DNA of 64,000 bases, taken from positions 32,001-96,000 of IMG/VR virus record IMGVR_UViG_3300045988_158973. One strand, written 5' to 3'. The notes under the pieces are model-generated. The model was not told the origin of the DNA, did no database searches, and was given only the letters and a program-made list of their open reading frames with translations. This document shows, in pieces, positions 60,008 through 64,000 of the stretch (position 1 is its first letter; every line of letters begins with the position of its first letter). A program made the position numbers and the translations under genes. This stretch comes from a virus.

Positions 60008-60640
60008 TTATTCGTCGTTGAGTCGGTAGTAGTCATAACGTGTTGGCGTATAATATAACGCTGACTTGTGATTGGCCAACAAATAGGCCTGCTGATCGGC
60101 GATTATTTTATCAACGATTGCGCAAGCGTCAGTGAACATCATGTTGGGGTCGTAACCTTCAGCCGCAGCACGCGGTGTACGCAGCATACGCGCCATCATA
60201 GCCTTTCCGCGACCGCGAATATGAAGCGAAAATATAACACGCTTCAAGCCTTTGAGGTTGGCTAATACATCAACACCGTTGATAACAAAGCGATTGAGTT
60301 CCGGTTCAGTCGTAACAACATCTTCTATGCCACAATCGTAAGCCGTTTGATCGATACGCAGTTTGTGATTTTCCTTACGAATAGCCCTCATCAGGTCAGT
60401 ACACTTATTCGAACAAGCGCACTCAACATAGTACCGCAACGGAACAGGCCGCGCTGCCGTACCTCGGCGATACGCCAACCAGCGGCGTCCGTATGCCTTT
60501 ATAGAAGTGAAGATTTTGAGGCGAAATTCCTGTAACAGATCATCGCGTTCCAACGATAATTCCCCGTAAGAGTAGAGTTTGTTGGCGTATTTAACTGCCA
60601 AGAACTCTAATTCCTTGTAGGCTTTTTCAGACGCTTTCAT
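60008..60640 (-). CDS. Divergent sigma-70-family (ECF-like) factor
   Basis: 210 aa. Region-2-like ERDDLLQEFRLKIFTSIKAY...LRYYVECACSNKCTDLMRAIRKE. Region-4-like LKGLKRVIFSLHIRGRGKAMMARML. Directly behind promoter v. Confidence 0.5.
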   Translation of the reverse strand: MKASEKAYKELEFLAVKYANKLYSYGELSLERDDLLQEFRLKIFTSIKAYGRRWLAYRRGTAARPVPLRYYVECACSNKCTDLMRAIRKENHKLRIDQTAYDCGIEDVVTTEPELNRFVINGVDVLANLKGLKRVIFSLHIRGRGKAMMARMLRTPRAAAEGYDPNMMFTDACAIVDKIIADQQAYLLANHKSALYYTPTRYDYYRLNDE

Positions 60641-60684
60641 GCCGATTTTGTTTTACAATTTAAGATGTTTTTCATACATCCACA

Positions 60685-60722
60685 GCACGAAGGTAGGTGA
60701 AAATTTCCATTGTACAAAGAAC
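60685..60722 (-). promoter_or_regulatory. Conserved Bacteroidota-type promoter, copy v
   Basis: Minus strand GTTCTTTGTACAATGGAAATTTTCACCTACCTTCGTGCTGTGG: TTTG, 19 nt, TACCTTCG. Confidence 0.55.
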
Positions 60723-60745
60723 TTTTCAAGAAATTTTCAAAATTT

Positions 60746-61177
60746 TTACAACACTCGTATAACTTCACTCTTCGGTATGCCATCGGCGTAAACCTGAGTA
60801 CGCTCGTTGTAAAGTGTAACGTAGTCACCCTTTACGGCGTCTAATTTCCATACTTCGCCTTGGTAGGAAAAATCGCTGTTCACTGAATAGTAGTTCGCCA
60901 AATCTTTAGCGTTTAACGCAAACAACGGACGGTTCAGCGCGTCGAACAGTTCCGCACGCACATCACGCATTTTATCAGGCGAAGAAAATATAGAAGTTAA
61001 CCTGTTACGGTTGGCGATGTCTTCGATCTTTTCGCGCTTGAACTCCATAACACGCGAAAAATAGCGCTTATCTTTGGGGGAGAAATATATCTTGCGCCTA
61101 AATTCAGCCATGAGGTATTCACGCTGAATAACATGAAAATATTCTGCCACCGAAAGGCTATGTGAATTATTGTTCAT
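60746..61177 (-). CDS. Hypothetical protein
   Basis: 143-aa ORF. Confidence 0.5.
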   Translation of the reverse strand: MNNNSHSLSVAEYFHVIQREYLMAEFRRKIYFSPKDKRYFSRVMEFKREKIEDIANRNRLTSIFSSPDKMRDVRAELFDALNRPLFALNAKDLANYYSVNSDFSYQGEVWKLDAVKGDYVTLYNERTQVYADGIPKSEVIRVL

Positions 61178-61181
61178 GGCT

Positions 61182-62144
61182 CTACCTTTTAAGTTTTCCT
61201 ATTACGTTCCAAGCAAAATCGCGAGGACGCTGCAAGTGTTCAAAAACCTCCAGCGTTTCGGCTTCGTTACATTCGTCAATATCCTTCTTGGTCGTGAAAA
61301 CTATATTTGTAGAAAAGTATTTGTCCAATTCGAATGCGTACTTTTTGATCTCCTTGATAGCGTCAAAGTCGTACAACAACACCACCGAGCGAACACCTTT
61401 AGACTGTAACATGGCGCGTTGATAATCGCTTATCTTCTTTCCAAACGTGGCGCAGCACTTAACATCATCGCACTCGTCAAGCCTCAAGCGCCGATCAACA
61501 GCTATTTTATCAAACACCCCTTCAACCAATATCACCGTAGCGCCACGCGCTGTTATGTCGTCATACCCATACAACATCTTGGCGAAGTCTGCCCCCGTGT
61601 CGTTACGCCAACGCAAAGCCTCTGGCGGTACGCGCTTCGAAGCGTAACGCCCTTGAAAGGCTGTTATGACGCCGTTCGTAGTAACCGGAATCAGGATATA
61701 ATCAGCATAGCGTTTTACAAGATTAGTACGTCCAATGGCGTATCGTTTCATGACAGCTGGAGTAAGCCCGCGGTCGTGTTCGAGGTAACGGTCGTGAGAA
61801 CACACTTTGTAGCCCACTGGCATCTTCCGCGGCGGGAGGGCTTCCAGTTTAACGTCTTCGGCAGCAGCGACAGTCAAATCTCGTATTTTGGGTATTACAT
61901 CGCGTTGTTCGATAGTGGCGCCGTCTAACAGATACAGTTTATCGAAATGCGACAACAGTTTATAGACCCCGCCCTCTTCCCAGCACTTCTTACACGAAAA
62001 GCGCAGCGTGGAAAGATTAACGTAGAAATGAGATTCTTTGCCACAAAAAGGACACGTGGTGATATACTCGGTACGGCGCGAATTGAAACGCCCATTAGTA
62101 CCCAACAACTCGCGAACGTCTATGCCCCACTTATTCGTCATCAT
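61182..62144 (-). CDS. DnaG-like primase (zinc finger plus Toprim)
   Basis: 320 aa. CPFCGKESHFYVNLSTLRFSCKKC zinc-binding motif. Toprim ILVEGVFDKIAV ... VVLLYDFD. Confidence 0.75.
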   Translation of the reverse strand: MMTNKWGIDVRELLGTNGRFNSRRTEYITTCPFCGKESHFYVNLSTLRFSCKKCWEEGGVYKLLSHFDKLYLLDGATIEQRDVIPKIRDLTVAAAEDVKLEALPPRKMPVGYKVCSHDRYLEHDRGLTPAVMKRYAIGRTNLVKRYADYILIPVTTNGVITAFQGRYASKRVPPEALRWRNDTGADFAKMLYGYDDITARGATVILVEGVFDKIAVDRRLRLDECDDVKCCATFGKKISDYQRAMLQSKGVRSVVLLYDFDAIKEIKKYAFELDKYFSTNIVFTTKKDIDECNEAETLEVFEHLQRPRDFAWNVIGKLKR

Positions 62145-63567
62145 CTACCGACGTATTACGCCGACCGCGTTTCGATTTAGTGGCGTGTTGCTCTTCAGCT
62201 ATTTCCTCCCACGGCATTTCCAGCGTGCGCTTGCGGTCATAGAACCGTGAGTAGATCATATTATTACAAATACGGATAATGTCCCCTGCCTTGTGCTCGC
62301 GTGCCTTATCCAAGTACAACCGCATGATTTCTTCCTTACGTTCGTCGGAGGTGAAGTTCATCGTCACAAAACCGTCCATCGGGTTCACCTTACCTTTGGC
62401 CTCTGAAAGATTGTAGCGCGTTATGACGAAGTCGGGGTCGTTTTGTAATTCGGGTGGAATACCGTTGGCCTGCGTAGCGACGTGAACCACGGCGTTGAAC
62501 TCCATAGCCATCATCTTGGCCTGTTGAGCCAGTTTCGTCTGGCGAAACCGTTCCTCGTTCATCGAATAGCTGTGACCGTCGCCCAATTCAGCCAGTTCAA
62601 GGTAGTCCCAAATAATCATATCCACCTTACCGTAGGCACGTTCGATATCTTGAAGTTCTTGACGCATCTGGGTAACGGTCATGCCGCCGAAACTTTCCAC
62701 GGCAATGACTATGATGTCGGTCTTTCCTAATTTGGCTACAACGCGCTGTGCCATTTTCAGTTTATTGTCTGAGATGTTGCCGACTTTAACGTCTTGGTAG
62801 ACGCCACCCAGCCACGCTGAATCGTATCGCGCCATGGCCTGCTCGCGAGTACCTTCCAACTGAAAATGCACCACGCGATACCCCTGACGTGCAGCGGCTA
62901 TGCCTAAATGGACCATCGCGAACGATTTACCAGCCCCCGATATCCCCATCCACAGCCACGCCTCTCCGGTTTCAGGGCCACCGTTAGAACCGCCCAACTT
63001 GTAATCCAACTCGTCGATACACGTCGGAATGCGGAATCGGTAGTTCCAATCGTTGCTGCGGCGCTCCAGCTGGCGGCGGTTGAAGTCGCTGAACACGCGA
63101 TCGTATTTGGCATTCTGGATAGTGAAGTGTGATATTTCCTCGGCTGAATTGATGAGTATGTTGTATGCCTTTTCCTTGTTGCCGGAATTGTAGGCATCAG
63201 CGATACGGTCGTTAGCGTCCAAGAACTTCATTTGACGAATATACGCTTCCAAAGAAGTTATCAACGACGGTACGTCTTCATCCGTCACGTCAACGTCGCG
63301 AATATTCTCGATTAACTCCAGTACACCTTCATCGTCCAAGAACGCCTGCTGCAACTGACCCACTGTCGGTACACGCCCGGTTTTTGAATGACGTTCGGTC
63401 ATCAGTTTCCAAACCTTCTTTTCGGCCTCAACCTGAAGATACGAAAAGCGCAAATATTGCTTCAATATATCGAACACCGAGCGTTTACGCATAGCCACTG
63501 AAAACAGTTCGGTAATAAGGCTTGACGATAGTCTATCTTTCAGCATATCCTCGTATTTTGTATACAA
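62131..63567 (-). CDS. DnaB-like replicative helicase (RecA-fold C-terminal domain)
   Basis: 478 aa. Walker A MGISGAGKSFAMV, Walker B DMIIWDYLEL. 14-nt overlap with the primase gene. Confidence 0.7.
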   Translation of the reverse strand: MYTKYEDMLKDRLSSSLITELFSVAMRKRSVFDILKQYLRFSYLQVEAEKKVWKLMTERHSKTGRVPTVGQLQQAFLDDEGVLELIENIRDVDVTDEDVPSLITSLEAYIRQMKFLDANDRIADAYNSGNKEKAYNILINSAEEISHFTIQNAKYDRVFSDFNRRQLERRSNDWNYRFRIPTCIDELDYKLGGSNGGPETGEAWLWMGISGAGKSFAMVHLGIAAARQGYRVVHFQLEGTREQAMARYDSAWLGGVYQDVKVGNISDNKLKMAQRVVAKLGKTDIIVIAVESFGGMTVTQMRQELQDIERAYGKVDMIIWDYLELAELGDGHSYSMNEERFRQTKLAQQAKMMAMEFNAVVHVATQANGIPPELQNDPDFVITRYNLSEAKGKVNPMDGFVTMNFTSDERKEEIMRLYLDKAREHKAGDIIRICNNMIYSRFYDRKRTLEMPWEEIAEEQHATKSKRGRRNTSVDDDE

Positions 63568-63910
63568 GCGGGTAATTCACACCCAGTAATTTTTTACATT
63601 GTTGTTTGAACCTACACGTCGCACACCACGGACTTCGATGATGGTAGAGTGTAGTGTTTATGATACACCACGCAAAGCCCTTATTCACTCCGTAGAAGGC
63701 TGCCTTGGCCTTTTCTTCGCGATCGATAAGCCTAATAAGTAACGCTGGCAACTCGGTTTCGTTCTTGAGCGTAGAAACGTCAAAACGACTCTTCAAGCCT
63801 GCAGCAGTGTAGCGCGTGGCAGTAGTGGGATAAACCTTCTCCCAAGACTTTATGGCGACCTTGCTCACCATCCACGTCAACCGCGTCCGGCTTAACGCCT
63901 TACGGCTCAC
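63533..63910 (-). CDS. Hypothetical protein
   Basis: 125-aa ORF with a GTG start in the track, so the true start is uncertain. C-terminal CATCRFKQQC. Confidence 0.4.
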   Translation of the reverse strand: MSRKALSRTRLTWMVSKVAIKSWEKVYPTTATRYTAAGLKSRFDVSTLKNETELPALLIRLIDREEKAKAAFYGVNKGFAWCIINTTLYHHRSPWCATCRFKQQCKKLLGVNYPLVYKIRGYAER

Positions 63911-64000
63911 GCTGGAGCGGTCGCCGTACCGACATTGTAATTGAAACAGAATGAACCGTCGTACGAAGTCCTCTCCGGCTGCGGGATAGCGTTCCGTGAA

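Noticed and set aside
1-64000. Stop-codon reassignment (as in some gut Bacteroidota phages) or programmed frameshifts
   Set aside because: All recognisable enzymes read through intact with the standard code and no in-frame TAG/TGA/TAA. The only tRNA is an ordinary tRNA-Gln(UUG), not a suppressor.
1-64000. Prophage or lysogeny features, defence islands, transposons
   Set aside because: I found no integrase, repressor/antirepressor pair, att-like repeat, transposase or recognisable host defence gene. The only mobile elements are the TerL intein and the GIY-YIG endonuclease.

Overview
This 64-kb window is part of a large tailed dsDNA bacteriophage genome. It has no rRNA, no cellular housekeeping genes and no integrase. 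Every credible gene (about 90) is on the minus strand, with very short or overlapping junctions. The long plus-strand ORFs in the track are antisense shadows. The track also accepts GTG/TTG starts, so several N-termini are over-extended, and I trimmed those where an ATG follows the upstream stop.

Modules in transcription order (right to left):
- Replication: DnaB-like helicase, DnaG-like primase, a sigma-like factor, a Lys/Ala-rich protein, a ThyA-fold enzyme, a DnaE-type polymerase interrupted by a GIY-YIG homing endonuclease, and an HD nucleotidase.
- Recombination and repair: gp32-like SSB, RecA/UvsX-like recombinase, Mre11/Rad50-like nuclease, RuvC-like resolvase, a second sigma-like factor, and a UvrD-like helicase.
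- A long block of small unknown genes.
- HU, then one tRNA-Gln(UUG) embedded in a ~0.7-kb ORF-free structured region, then a DnaQ-like exonuclease.
- Large terminase with a LAGLIDADG intein in its P-loop, dUTPase, FEN-type nuclease and portal.
- Lysis-like genes and a MuF-like head protein.
- A radical-SAM / PIG-L-like / glycosyltransferase cassette, a P-loop ATPase, and a partial kinase-like gene at the left edge that is missing from the ORF track.

Five copies of a conserved Bacteroidota-type promoter (-33 TTG / -7 TAnnTT[TC]G) and the absence of Shine-Dalgarno motifs tentatively point to a Bacteroidota host.

The most interesting leads are:
- a probable thymidine-hypermodification gene set with an uncharacterised enzyme combination;
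- a candidate large structured RNA around the tRNA;
- a very unusual intergenic region at 29.1-29.5 kb;
- a recurrent CCAACGTTAT motif upstream of genes, together with two phage sigma-like factors;
- the precisely interrupted DnaE.

All family assignments come from motif recognition by eye and need HMM or structure confirmation.
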